From contig JACPDY010000144.1 in NCBI GenBank assembly GCA_016183775.1, positions 6,185-70,184 of the forward strand: a DNA stretch of 64,000 nucleotides, read 5' to 3'. Under the pieces are notes generated by a model. It had not been told where the DNA came from. It searched no databases and was given only the letters and a program-made list of their open reading frames with translations. The translations under genes were made by a program, and so were the position numbers. The stretch is from Bacteroidota bacterium. GTDB taxonomy: Bacteria > Bacteroidota > Bacteroidia > JABDFU01. Shown here one piece after another: positions 17,183-26,642 of the stretch (its first letter is position 1; every line of letters starts with the position of its first letter).

Positions 17183-19273
17183 TCAATACTTCAAAACCTT
17201 TTCAATCACTTTGGCCACCTTATCCGGATTCGGCAGCATGGTGGCTTCCAGGGTCGAGTTAAGTGGTATGGCAGGCATGTTTTCAGCGCCAACACATTGT
17301 ACAGGGGCGTCAAGGAATTCGAAACACTCCTGTCCTATTCTTCCGGCAAGGGCTTGTGCGAAACTGTTTTGCAGTTGTTCCTCAGTGAGTACAATGCAGC
17401 GGTTATGTTTTTTTACTGAATTGAAAATGGCTTCTTCGTCAATCGGGTTTAGTGTTCTAAGGTCAATTATTTCCACACGGTCAGGAAATTGTTTGGAAGC
17501 ATTTTTTGCCCAATATACGCCCATGCCATAGGTGATTATTGTTGTTGTTGATTGGGAATCTTGGGTTACTTCCTGAACAATCCGGGCTTTACCAAAAGGA
17601 ATTATATAATCCTCATCCGGCTCAATCGTTTTGGAATCTTCTGTCCCTTTTAGTTTACTCCAGTATAAACCCTTGTGTTCAAATATTACAACGGGGTTGG
17701 GGTCATAGTAAGCAGATTTCATCAGTCCCTTGAGGTCTGCGCCTGTTGAGGGATAAGCGATCTTTAAACCTTTTATATTGCATACTACACTTTCCACACT
17801 GGATGAGTGATAAGGGCCACCGCTTCCATAGGCACCAATTGGCACACGCAGTATCATGCTCACCGGCCATTTTCCATTTGATAAATAGTTGGAACGTGCC
17901 ACTTCGGTGAATAATTGGTTCAACCCGGGCCATATATAATCCGCGAACTGAACTTCAACAATGGGTTTTAAACCTGCCGCACTCATACCTACTGTGCTGC
18001 CAACTATAAATGCTTCCTGGATGGGGGTATTAAACACACGCTCGTTACCAAATTGCTGTGCAAGGGTTGCTGCCTCACGAAACACTCCGCCAAGCCGCCA
18101 TCCTACATCCTGCCCGTAAAGCAAACATTCTTTATGTTTGCTCATCAACTCCCGTATGGCAAATAATGCGGAGTCGACCATCACCACCGGTTGTTTTCCT
18201 TTCGGGGAACGCTGTCCTTTTTCCTCTGTGACAGGGGTTGGCGCGAAATCATGCTTAAACAGATCTTCCGGTTTAGGGTCTTCGGCTTTCAATGCACGTT
18301 GGTAGTCCGCTTCAACCGCTTGTTTCGCTTTCGCTTCAATGGACTCCAATTGGGAGTTATCAATTCCCGCAGACAATAATTGGTTACGTAATCTTGGAAA
18401 CGGATCCCGTTTTGCCTGTTCAGCCAGGTCGTCGCGGTACCATTCTTTACGAACACCCGATGTATGGTGGTTCAGCAAAGGTACTTTAGCATGTATCAGG
18501 AATGGTCGACGTTCTTTACGGATCAAACCAATAACTTCCCGGACGGTTTCGTAACATTTAATAAAATCAGTGCCGTCAATGGTGCGCGTTTCAAGTCCCT
18601 TAAAACCTTTTGCATAATCACTTGCATCCATTGACCGGAAATCTTCTGAATGGGCCGATATATCCCATTCATTATCCTGTATAAGGTAAAGGATCGGTAA
18701 TTTTTTTAAAACAGCCATTTGAAAAGCTTCCGCCACTTCGCCTTCCGTAATTGATGCATCGCCTAATGAACAAACTGCAAAGGCTTTATCTGCTCCTTTA
18801 TACTCGGGTATTCCGGTTTTTTCACGGTACCAGATCCCCATAGCCACACCGGTTGTGGGAATAGCCTGCATGCCGGTAGCAGAACTTTGGTGAGGAATTT
18901 TAGGCATATTATCCCTTCGAAGGCTGGGGTGGCAGTAATAAGTTCGTCCACCCGAGAAAGGGTCATCACGTTTCGCTAAAAGTTGAAGCATTAATTCGTA
19001 TGGGGTCATTCCAATGCCAAGCAAGATGCTGTCATCACGGTAATAGGCGGAGAGATAATCCTGCGGTTTCAGCTGCAAGCCAAGTGCCAGTTGTATGGCT
19101 TCGTGACCACGTGAGGTGGCATGAACATATTTGGCTGTAACTTCTTTATTTTGCTCGAATAACTCGGTCATGGCTTTTGCCGTGCACATCAACTCAAAAG
19201 CCTTCAGTAAAGCCTCCTTTTCAATTAGTAATTTCGTGTTATTCTCCATAACCCCTGTTTCGGTGCCTGCCAT
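17183..19273 (-). CDS. 2-oxoacid dehydrogenase E1 component, fused alpha and beta subunits (TPP-dependent)
   Basis: The N-terminal half is E1-alpha (TPP-binding, GDASITEGEVAEAFQMA). The C-terminal half is E1-beta transketolase-like (EVQFADYIWPGLNQL... GGPYHSSSVESV). The probable start is MAGTETG at 19273, or MENNT at 19249. Confidence 0.85.
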   Translation of the reverse strand: MAGTETGVMENNTKLLIEKEALLKAFELMCTAKAMTELFEQNKEVTAKYVHATSRGHEAIQLALGLQLKPQDYLSAYYRDDSILLGIGMTPYELMLQLLAKRDDPFSGGRTYYCHPSLRRDNMPKIPHQSSATGMQAIPTTGVAMGIWYREKTGIPEYKGADKAFAVCSLGDASITEGEVAEAFQMAVLKKLPILYLIQDNEWDISAHSEDFRSMDASDYAKGFKGLETRTIDGTDFIKCYETVREVIGLIRKERRPFLIHAKVPLLNHHTSGVRKEWYRDDLAEQAKRDPFPRLRNQLLSAGIDNSQLESIEAKAKQAVEADYQRALKAEDPKPEDLFKHDFAPTPVTEEKGQRSPKGKQPVVMVDSALFAIRELMSKHKECLLYGQDVGWRLGGVFREAATLAQQFGNERVFNTPIQEAFIVGSTVGMSAAGLKPIVEVQFADYIWPGLNQLFTEVARSNYLSNGKWPVSMILRVPIGAYGSGGPYHSSSVESVVCNIKGLKIAYPSTGADLKGLMKSAYYDPNPVVIFEHKGLYWSKLKGTEDSKTIEPDEDYIIPFGKARIVQEVTQDSQSTTTIITYGMGVYWAKNASKQFPDRVEIIDLRTLNPIDEEAIFNSVKKHNRCIVLTEEQLQNSFAQALAGRIGQECFEFLDAPVQCVGAENMPAIPLNSTLEATMLPNPDKVAKVIEKVLKY

Positions 19274-19432
19274 GATCGTAAAAATCAGAGCCTTAAATAT
19301 AGTAATAACACATATTATAAACAATCCAATACAATAAACCAGTATGGTTTTTTCATTTTGTTAACAGGAGATGGATAATATATTTTATCAATTGTATAAA
19401 ATGCCTTAATTTGCATCTTTAAACATTGGTCT

Positions 19433-21964
19433 ATGTTATTTTTAATTAAAAGGCTTATTCTTTTATTGTTACTGATTTTTTGTGTCAACAATGTTCATGG
19501 CCAGGCTAGAACAACAAAGACTATTGAATTGGTGATTAAAGTAAAAGATGTGGCGCTTGATCCGATCGCAAATGCATCTGTTTCTGTTAATGACAAAATT
19601 ACAAATGATCTTGTCGCAGCTAATACAACTCCTCCAAACGGGTCCGTTACCTATACACTCGATCTGTTCCGCGAATATATTATTACGATCGGTCATAAAG
19701 ATCATGTAACAAAGAAGCTGTGGGTCGATGGAAATGTTCCCGGCAAGGAAAACAACACGAAGGTTTCTTTTTATTTTGAAGAAATTGTTCATCTGCTTAC
19801 TCTTTCATCTGATAAGCTGGGAGCGGAATTGATAGATAAACCTTTTGCGAAAATATATTATAATACCCAGATAAGAGATATGGATGTGGATAGTGATTAC
19901 GATGCAATTGTTAAAAAGGAAGTGGCAGCGCTTACAGGCAAGGAAAGGGTTGCTTTGTTAAACAAGCTTAAGGGCGGAAATTCGGCAGCTGACTCTAAAA
20001 AAACAGGTAAGCCGGCTATCCCCGGTGAAGATGATCCTGGATTTGATTTTTTGGGAAGTACCATCAAAGAGCTTGTTAAGAAAAATGAAACCAGGGCTGA
20101 ACAATCCATTCTGACTCAAGCTTCTGTAACAATATTCAGCGATGCAGATAAACTCATAGAATTGAAAACTGATAAAAAGGACGGACGTTTCAGGACCAGG
20201 CTGGAGTACGGCCATGTTTACAAAGTGGCGGTTTCACACCCTTCTACAGTTCCTATGTTTTTAACCATTGATGCCCGGATACCAAAAGATAAGTATGATC
20301 TACGTATGGGCGTCGAGGCTATTAACATACCTTGTGTGGATAAAAGGAGTGTGAATGTTGATACTGCAAAATACCGTTTTGCTTTCGATAAATATATGTT
20401 CGATGGTAAAAAAACACTGGTGCGTGATAAGAAGTATTTCGAGGATTTTTTGAATGGAAGAACCCGGGAATACCTCGATTATAAAGCATTAGTGCGTGAG
20501 CAGAATAAGAATTCGGGAGCGGGAAATGCAGATCAGGCCGGTCTGCAAAAGATAAATTATATTTCGGGGAAGATACTTTCGGGCACTCCTCCTTCAACAC
20601 CTGTTAAAAATGTAAAAGTCATACTGACAGGTGATCGTGGAGAGCCTGTACAAGCATGTGTTACAAGCAATTTTGGCCGGTTTTTGTTTTCAAATGTGTT
20701 GCTTGACCAGAATTATACGATCAAAGTTGATGAGGCTGATATGAAACAACTGAACGGACAAAAGATCACGATATTAAATAAGAATGATAAGGAGGTAACT
20801 GTAATGATGGCTGACGCAGGCGGAAAGTTCACATTCCGCTTACTTAATTCGGATAAAAAAACGCTTGAGCTGTTAGCTTCTGATGAGGAGAGCCTGATGA
20901 TAAGTGGTAATTTGCTTGCACTCATTAACAATTTAACACAGCCTCTTGCTAACACAAAAGTTCAGCTTGTAAATGAGAAGGGGGAAATGATTGAAGCGGT
21001 ATTGACCAATGAATTCGGGACATTCGTATTCACAAAACTTCCTCCTAATCAAAGCTTTTTGATCGAGTTGGCTGATGGTGATCCGAAGCTGGCAGGTATA
21101 AGGGTTATCATTACCGACCGTAACGGAAAGGAAGTAAACTCAACAGTATGTAACAATCAGGGCAAGTTTAAGTTTGAGTTTTTGAAGCAGGACGAGTTGA
21201 AACCAAAGCTGATGGAGGTGGAGGAAAGCGAACTTCGTCTTGATCTGAAAGGAAAGCTGTTTAAGAATACAAACCAGCAAGCCCTGGCTAACACCAGGCT
21301 TGATCTGGTAAATGAGAAAAATCAACTGGTTCAATCAACCCAGACCGATAATGCAGGTAACTTTAAATTTTCCAAAGTGAGTTATGGGAAGAATTATTCT
21401 CTTAATGCCTCTTCGCAGCAAGCTGAAAAAGTTATTCTTGCGGATGCCAATGGCGTTGTTGTAAAAGAGTATACGGCAGGTGGCGGGATCAGCACAATAA
21501 AGATGCCCCTGTTGTCTTCCGATCTTCAAAAAATAACTTCAGTATCATTTGACGACCCCTGGTTAAAAGTTGCCTCCAGGAGCAATAAAAATGAAAAGCA
21601 GGAAACTGTAGTAATACCGGAGAAGGTTTATTTCGAATTGAATGATTCTAAAATTACAACCGAAGGCAAGGTTATCCTGGATAAGGTGATACAGGTAATG
21701 AAAGGTAATTCTAACGTCAGTATAGAAGTAAGTTCACATACAGATTCCCAGGGCTCGGATGAATATAACCTGGATCTGTCAAAGAAAAGAGCAAAGAGTG
21801 CCGTGGACTATATGATCGGAGGAGGGATATCTAAAGATCGCCTGGCCGGAGTTGGTTACGGCGAAACAAAACTGGTGAATAAATGCGCTAACGGGGCATT
21901 ATGCAGTGAAGAAGAACATGCTCAAAATCGCAGACTTGAGTTTAAAGTAATGTATATCAAATAA
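19433..21964 (+). CDS. OmpA-family protein with multiple carboxypeptidase-regulatory-like/Cna-B-type repeats and a C-terminal OmpA peptidoglycan-binding domain
   Basis: Signal peptide present. There are at least 5 repeats of the type VKVILTGDRGEPVQA.VTSNFGRFLFSNVLLDQNYTIKV. The C-terminus carries the OmpA_C motif (NVSIEVSSHTDSQGSDEYNLDLSKKRAKSAVDYMIGGGISKDRL...GYGE). Confidence 0.8.
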   Translation: MLFLIKRLILLLLLIFCVNNVHGQARTTKTIELVIKVKDVALDPIANASVSVNDKITNDLVAANTTPPNGSVTYTLDLFREYIITIGHKDHVTKKLWVDGNVPGKENNTKVSFYFEEIVHLLTLSSDKLGAELIDKPFAKIYYNTQIRDMDVDSDYDAIVKKEVAALTGKERVALLNKLKGGNSAADSKKTGKPAIPGEDDPGFDFLGSTIKELVKKNETRAEQSILTQASVTIFSDADKLIELKTDKKDGRFRTRLEYGHVYKVAVSHPSTVPMFLTIDARIPKDKYDLRMGVEAINIPCVDKRSVNVDTAKYRFAFDKYMFDGKKTLVRDKKYFEDFLNGRTREYLDYKALVREQNKNSGAGNADQAGLQKINYISGKILSGTPPSTPVKNVKVILTGDRGEPVQACVTSNFGRFLFSNVLLDQNYTIKVDEADMKQLNGQKITILNKNDKEVTVMMADAGGKFTFRLLNSDKKTLELLASDEESLMISGNLLALINNLTQPLANTKVQLVNEKGEMIEAVLTNEFGTFVFTKLPPNQSFLIELADGDPKLAGIRVIITDRNGKEVNSTVCNNQGKFKFEFLKQDELKPKLMEVEESELRLDLKGKLFKNTNQQALANTRLDLVNEKNQLVQSTQTDNAGNFKFSKVSYGKNYSLNASSQQAEKVILADANGVVVKEYTAGGGISTIKMPLLSSDLQKITSVSFDDPWLKVASRSNKNEKQETVVIPEKVYFELNDSKITTEGKVILDKVIQVMKGNSNVSIEVSSHTDSQGSDEYNLDLSKKRAKSAVDYMIGGGISKDRLAGVGYGETKLVNKCANGALCSEEEHAQNRRLEFKVMYIK

Positions 21965-21974
21965 TGTAATTTAT

Positions 21975-23561
21975 ATGCACCGTAAAATAATCACATTTTG
22001 TTTCGCATTGTGTGTAATATTTTTTGCCAATGCACAGGATAAGGGTAAAATAAAAGTTGTAGGCTATACCATTCATACCGACAGCAAAGGAAAGAAATCA
22101 CCTCTTCCCAATATGAATTTAACGGTATTCAGGGGGACAGAGAATATCGAAGAGTTAATGTCGAATAAAAAAGGACGTTACGAGATCAAGCTTGAATATG
22201 GTTACATGTACAAAGTTGTGTTCGATAAAAATGAAGGATATATTGACATGTCATTCGCCGTTGACGCTAAAGTTCCCCCGCAGAAGCAGGATCTGAATCC
22301 GACCATCGAGCTTGATGTTCCTATGTTTACGACCGGCACTGCCGAAATAGACACACTTAAATTCAAATTTCCATTCACTAAATTCAAATTTGACGGGAAC
22401 AAAAAATTTATTGATGATGCCAAGTATCTGAGCGAATTCGAAAGAGGCTTGTTCAAGGAGTATAAAGAAGCACAAAAGCAGGTTAAGAAGCAGCAGGCTG
22501 AAAGTATTGCCCAGGCGAAGTTTGAGGCCACTGCGAGGTTTGTGATGGTGGGCGGAAAGCTATTGGCTGGTGATCCCCCGAATACAGTTGTAAGGAACAT
22601 GAAAATACATTTGCTCAACGATAAAGGAGCTGTTATAGAAACCGCCACTACTGATAAATTCGGCAAATTTGCTTTTTCAAAATTAACTTCTGACCGCAAT
22701 TATACGATCAGGATGGACGAGAATGATTCCTTAAAACTGTCAGGAACAAAGATCACCATGTACAATAGAAAGGGTAAAGAAGTTTTTGTCACTACTTCGG
22801 GCGAGAAAGGCGGTTTTAAGTTTCAGTTATTGGCAAGTGATAAAGCTAATCTGATGCAGCTTGAAATTGAAGACAACAGTTTACTGATTGCCGGTACGTT
22901 GGAAGCATTGTTAGCCGGTAAAACCCAACCTGTATCCAAAGTTCGGGTGGTGCTGGCCAATGCCGGTACAAATGTGGTGTATGAAATTGTTGAGACAGAT
23001 GTGAATGGTAGATTTGTTTTCTCTAAACTTCCGCCCGACAAAAATTTTGTCATTCGCCTGGAAGATACTTCAACCGAACTTGCCAATATTAAAATAACTT
23101 TCAGGGATAGGAATGGCAATGAGGTTGCCTCAGGTGATGCTGATGGTTTTGGTAAATTCAGGTTCGAGTTTTTGGCCGGCGATGGAGAAGTGTTGAATAA
23201 GCTGCAGGTTGAAGAGAGTGATATTAAGATGGATCTGACTGGAAAATTTCTGATCGGTGACGAAAAAAATGTTCCGTTAAATAATATAAAGGTTGATCTG
23301 CTTGATGATGTGGGAACTGTTCTTCAGTCAACGACAACAAACGATACAGGTGTTTTTTTATTTAAGGAGTTGATTCTTTATAATGGTTACTTTTTCAGGC
23401 TGGATGAGGCTGACACCAGGATAGCTTCACTTAGCGCCGTAGTTTTGGCAGATAAAATCGCGAAACCTGTAAAGGAGTATAAGCTCAATCCAGCACAAGG
23501 CATTAAATACCGTCTGCTTGTTTCAGATCAGAGGAGACTCGGAAGACTTTACCTGAAATAG
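21975..23561 (+). CDS. Paralog of the preceding gene lacking the OmpA domain (CRD-repeat protein)
   Basis: It shares the N-terminal module (YGYMYKVVFDKNEGYIDMSFAVDAKVPPQ vs YGHVYKVAVSHPSTVPMFLTIDARIPKDK; LKFKFPFTKFKFDG vs AKYRFAFDKYMFDG) and the same repeat type. Starts 10 nt after the previous stop. Confidence 0.6.
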   Translation: MHRKIITFCFALCVIFFANAQDKGKIKVVGYTIHTDSKGKKSPLPNMNLTVFRGTENIEELMSNKKGRYEIKLEYGYMYKVVFDKNEGYIDMSFAVDAKVPPQKQDLNPTIELDVPMFTTGTAEIDTLKFKFPFTKFKFDGNKKFIDDAKYLSEFERGLFKEYKEAQKQVKKQQAESIAQAKFEATARFVMVGGKLLAGDPPNTVVRNMKIHLLNDKGAVIETATTDKFGKFAFSKLTSDRNYTIRMDENDSLKLSGTKITMYNRKGKEVFVTTSGEKGGFKFQLLASDKANLMQLEIEDNSLLIAGTLEALLAGKTQPVSKVRVVLANAGTNVVYEIVETDVNGRFVFSKLPPDKNFVIRLEDTSTELANIKITFRDRNGNEVASGDADGFGKFRFEFLAGDGEVLNKLQVEESDIKMDLTGKFLIGDEKNVPLNNIKVDLLDDVGTVLQSTTTNDTGVFLFKELILYNGYFFRLDEADTRIASLSAVVLADKIAKPVKEYKLNPAQGIKYRLLVSDQRRLGRLYLK

Positions 23562-23573
23562 GCATCCCCGCAA

Positions 23574-25370
23574 TTGCTTACCGGCATTCCTGATCTAATT
23601 CAATATTTTTATTCTGTGAAGATCAAAAACAAAAAACAGGCTTCTTCAACTATAAGATCTGAAAAGCAGGTTTCGCAGGGTTTGCCTGCATTTAATAACG
23701 ACAATATTGATCGGAAGAAGAATAGTATTGTCGCACTGATACTTGTTGTTACGTTTTTAAGTTTCCTTCCATCACTCCATAACGATCTGAATAAAACCTG
23801 GGATGACCAGTCTTATGTCACCAATAACACACAAATAAGAAGTCTTTCCTTTGAAAATATCAAGCGGGTATTTATGGAAGATGGGTATCATTATCCCAAT
23901 TACCATCCTTTTTGCACTTTGTCACTTGCAGTTAATTATCATTTTTCGGGTTTGGGGCCGGCAGGATACCATTATACTAACCTGTTGCTGCACCTGTTGA
24001 ACACATTGCTCGTGTTCGTGTTTATTTATGTTCTTACGGGCAGGCGTATAGTGACAGCCGCTGTAACATCCCTTTTATTCGGGCTACTTCCTGTGCATGT
24101 GGAATCTGTGGCCTGGATATCCGAACGAAAGGATGTATTATACACTTTCTTTTTCCTTTTATCACTTATAAGTTACCAGTATTTTATTCGCGATAATAAC
24201 AGGAAATTTTATTTCCTGACGATTTTATTTTTTCTCTGCTCATTATTATCGAAAGCGATGGCAGCAAGTTTGCCTCTTGTATTATTATTGATCGATCATT
24301 ATATGAAAAGGGAGTGGAGTAAAAAAAATCTTTTTGAAAAAGTTCCCTTTGTGATTCTCTCCATTGCTTTTGGCCTTTTGGCAATGTATATCCAGTCGGA
24401 ATACGGGGCTTTGGTGAAAGGCCCTGATCTGCCTGTTTTTCGGCGCCTGCTACATGCGTGCTATGGCTTTGTGGAATATATTCCCAAAATTATTGTGCCA
24501 TCAGGACTTTCCGCTTTCTACCCATATCCATATCCTTTTCGGAATGGATCATCGGTTATGAATCAGGTTCCATTGATCCTGTACATTACATTTGTCATTA
24601 CACTTTTGATAGCGGCTTTTATTGTGTACAATATTATTAAGAAGCGTAAGTACTCCGCAATTATTGTTTTCGGAGTTTTTTTTTATACGATCACCATTGC
24701 GTTGGTGCTGCAGTTTTTCCCTGTAGGCTCAGCCATCATGGCCGACAGGTACGCATATATTCCTTCAATAGGGTTGTTGTTTGTTATAGGTGAGTTTTTC
24801 ACTATTGGTTATAATAATCCTAAATACAAAGTTATTGTGATCGTGGGACTCTGCATCTATTCCGTATTTTTATTTGGCATGACGTATGAGCGTTGTAAAG
24901 TCTGGAAGAACGATGAAACGATATGGACGGATGTCCTTAATAAATACCCCAACGACAGCCGGGTATCTATCGCATTGAAAAATCGCGCTATATACTACAT
25001 GGATATTAGTAATTATCCTGCCGCATTAAATGATTTTAATGCCTACCTCCAATCAAATCCGGGTGATGCGGATGCGTTAGACAAGGCGGGTAAAATTTAT
25101 GCGCAGAAGTTGAACGATACGGATAGGGCTTTGGCCTATTTTCAAGCGGGCTACCAGATAAATCCATTAAATGTGGATGTAGTTTATGACCTCGCTATCA
25201 TATATGGCGTTAAAGGCGATTACACTAATTCGCTTAATTATTTTCTGAAAGTAATGGAGTTGAAGGGTGGAGGTGACAGCCAGTTATATCAATACATCGG
25301 AAATTGTTACCGGAATTTAGGACAGGCTGAAAAAGCGAAAGCGTTTTTTGATAAGGCAGGGGTGAAATAA
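23574..25370 (+). CDS. TMTC/PMT-like (GT-C fold) membrane glycosyltransferase with C-terminal TPR repeats
   Basis: Has an N-terminal WDD motif (LNKTWDDQSYVTNNTQIRSL) and the ED loop motif, and at least 9 TM helices. The C-terminal 170 aa are TPR-like (AALNDFNAYLQSNPGDADALDKAGKIYAQ...). Starts 12 nt after the previous stop. Confidence 0.65.
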   Translation: MLTGIPDLIQYFYSVKIKNKKQASSTIRSEKQVSQGLPAFNNDNIDRKKNSIVALILVVTFLSFLPSLHNDLNKTWDDQSYVTNNTQIRSLSFENIKRVFMEDGYHYPNYHPFCTLSLAVNYHFSGLGPAGYHYTNLLLHLLNTLLVFVFIYVLTGRRIVTAAVTSLLFGLLPVHVESVAWISERKDVLYTFFFLLSLISYQYFIRDNNRKFYFLTILFFLCSLLSKAMAASLPLVLLLIDHYMKREWSKKNLFEKVPFVILSIAFGLLAMYIQSEYGALVKGPDLPVFRRLLHACYGFVEYIPKIIVPSGLSAFYPYPYPFRNGSSVMNQVPLILYITFVITLLIAAFIVYNIIKKRKYSAIIVFGVFFYTITIALVLQFFPVGSAIMADRYAYIPSIGLLFVIGEFFTIGYNNPKYKVIVIVGLCIYSVFLFGMTYERCKVWKNDETIWTDVLNKYPNDSRVSIALKNRAIYYMDISNYPAALNDFNAYLQSNPGDADALDKAGKIYAQKLNDTDRALAYFQAGYQINPLNVDVVYDLAIIYGVKGDYTNSLNYFLKVMELKGGGDSQLYQYIGNCYRNLGQAEKAKAFFDKAGVK

Positions 25371-25389
25371 ATAGTCTGTGTTAAAGAAA

Positions 25390-26154
25390 CTACCTCGTTC
25401 CCGCTTTAAACGTCTCAATAAATTTTCGTGTAAATTCGGATAGCACAAGTTTTCCGCTCATTTCAGCCCGTTCGATCAATAATGTATCCCAGTTATCGGT
25501 TCCTTCCCACATTATTTTTTTGAGCATCATCATGGCTTCGGGGTTGCTCTTTGCCAGTTTATCAGCTAATGTGTTTATAGCGGTATCGAGATCGGCTGCG
25601 GTCGGGAATAGCCCGGCATACAAACCTTGTTCTTTTGCCCATTGTGCGGTGTGCCATTCGCTTGCGTTGATGGTAAGTTGTGAAAATGCGGCCTTACCAA
25701 CTTTCCGTTCAACAGCAGGACCCACAACAAACGGGCCTATGCCCACAGCCAGTTCACTTAGTTTTACTAAAGCGCTGTCAATAGCAAATGTATAATCGCC
25801 TGCACTGGCAAGCCCCACGCCGCCGCCCACCGCTTTTCCCTGAACACGGACGAGCACAAATTTTGGTGCTTTACGCATGGCATTTATGACCGCTGCAAAG
25901 CCTGAGAAGAATTTTTTACCTGTTTCGAGATCTTTAATAGAAATAAGTTCATCAAATGAAGCTCCTGCGCAAAAAGTTTTTTCGCCCTCACTTTTAAGGA
26001 TAATTACTTTGGCCTCCGGATCATTGCCTGCCTTGGTTATTTCGTCGGCCAATGTTCGCAGCAGTGTGCCCGGTAAGGAGTTGCTTTGGGGATGAAAGAA
26101 TGTTACCGTGGCTATACCATTTTCAGTTTTGGTTTGTACTGTTCCTGTTTCCAT
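25390..26154 (-). CDS. Enoyl-CoA hydratase/isomerase (crotonase) family protein
   Basis: Crotonase-fold motifs (KTFCAGASFDEL; VLVRVQGKAVGGGVGLASAGDYTFA). Confidence 0.85.
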   Translation of the reverse strand: METGTVQTKTENGIATVTFFHPQSNSLPGTLLRTLADEITKAGNDPEAKVIILKSEGEKTFCAGASFDELISIKDLETGKKFFSGFAAVINAMRKAPKFVLVRVQGKAVGGGVGLASAGDYTFAIDSALVKLSELAVGIGPFVVGPAVERKVGKAAFSQLTINASEWHTAQWAKEQGLYAGLFPTAADLDTAINTLADKLAKSNPEAMMMLKKIMWEGTDNWDTLLIERAEMSGKLVLSEFTRKFIETFKAGTR

Positions 26155-26165
26155 ATAGAATGTTT

Positions 26166-26210
26166 AAACGCAGAGGACGCAAAGACTTTCGCAGAGGGCC
26201 GCTGAGGGAT
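26166..26210. repeat. Left arm of the imperfect inverted repeat flanking the GxxExxY gene
   Basis: aacgcagaggacgcaaagactttcgcagagggccgctgaggg corresponds to the reverse complement of 26598-26641 (ttaaacgcaaaggacgcggaggcttacgcagagggccgcagaga). Confidence 0.7.
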
Positions 26211-26588
26211 TTAGTATTTATTGACTACTCGTTTCAGACCATCAATTAATTTCAAAACATTAAAGTTGATCAATAGGCCGACTTTTGAATTAGAAAGTGT
26301 TAAATAAGTTAATGTTTGTGCCAAAAATATATCATTCAGAGCATCAACTGATTTTACTTCAACAACCACCTTCTTTTCCACAAAAAGATCTACTCTATAT
26401 CCAACTTCTAATTTGACTTCTTCATAAACTAACGGCAAAGGCTTTTGTTTTTCTACCATTAGCCCTGCTTTGCATAATTCATAATACAAACACTCCACAT
26501 AAGCCGATTCCAATAAACCGGGCCCTAACGCTTTGTGTACTTTTATAGCACAACCAATAATTATTTTTGTTGTCTCATCCTCGTTCAT
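26211..26588 (-). CDS. GxxExxY protein (PD-(D/E)xK nuclease superfamily)
   Basis: 125-aa protein with the eponymous GLLESAY motif and the conserved VDLFVEKKVVVEVKSV core. Confidence 0.85.
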   Translation of the reverse strand: MNEDETTKIIIGCAIKVHKALGPGLLESAYVECLYYELCKAGLMVEKQKPLPLVYEEVKLEVGYRVDLFVEKKVVVEVKSVDALNDIFLAQTLTYLTLSNSKVGLLINFNVLKLIDGLKRVVNKY

Positions 26589-26597
26589 CTATTTCTC

Positions 26598-26641
26598 TGC
26601 GGCCCTCTGCGTAAGCCTCCGCGTCCTTTGCGTTTAATTTA
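26598..26641. repeat. Right arm of the imperfect inverted repeat flanking the GxxExxY gene
   Basis: See the left arm (26166-26210). About 36 of 44 nt pair. Confidence 0.7.
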
Positions 26642-26642
26642 T

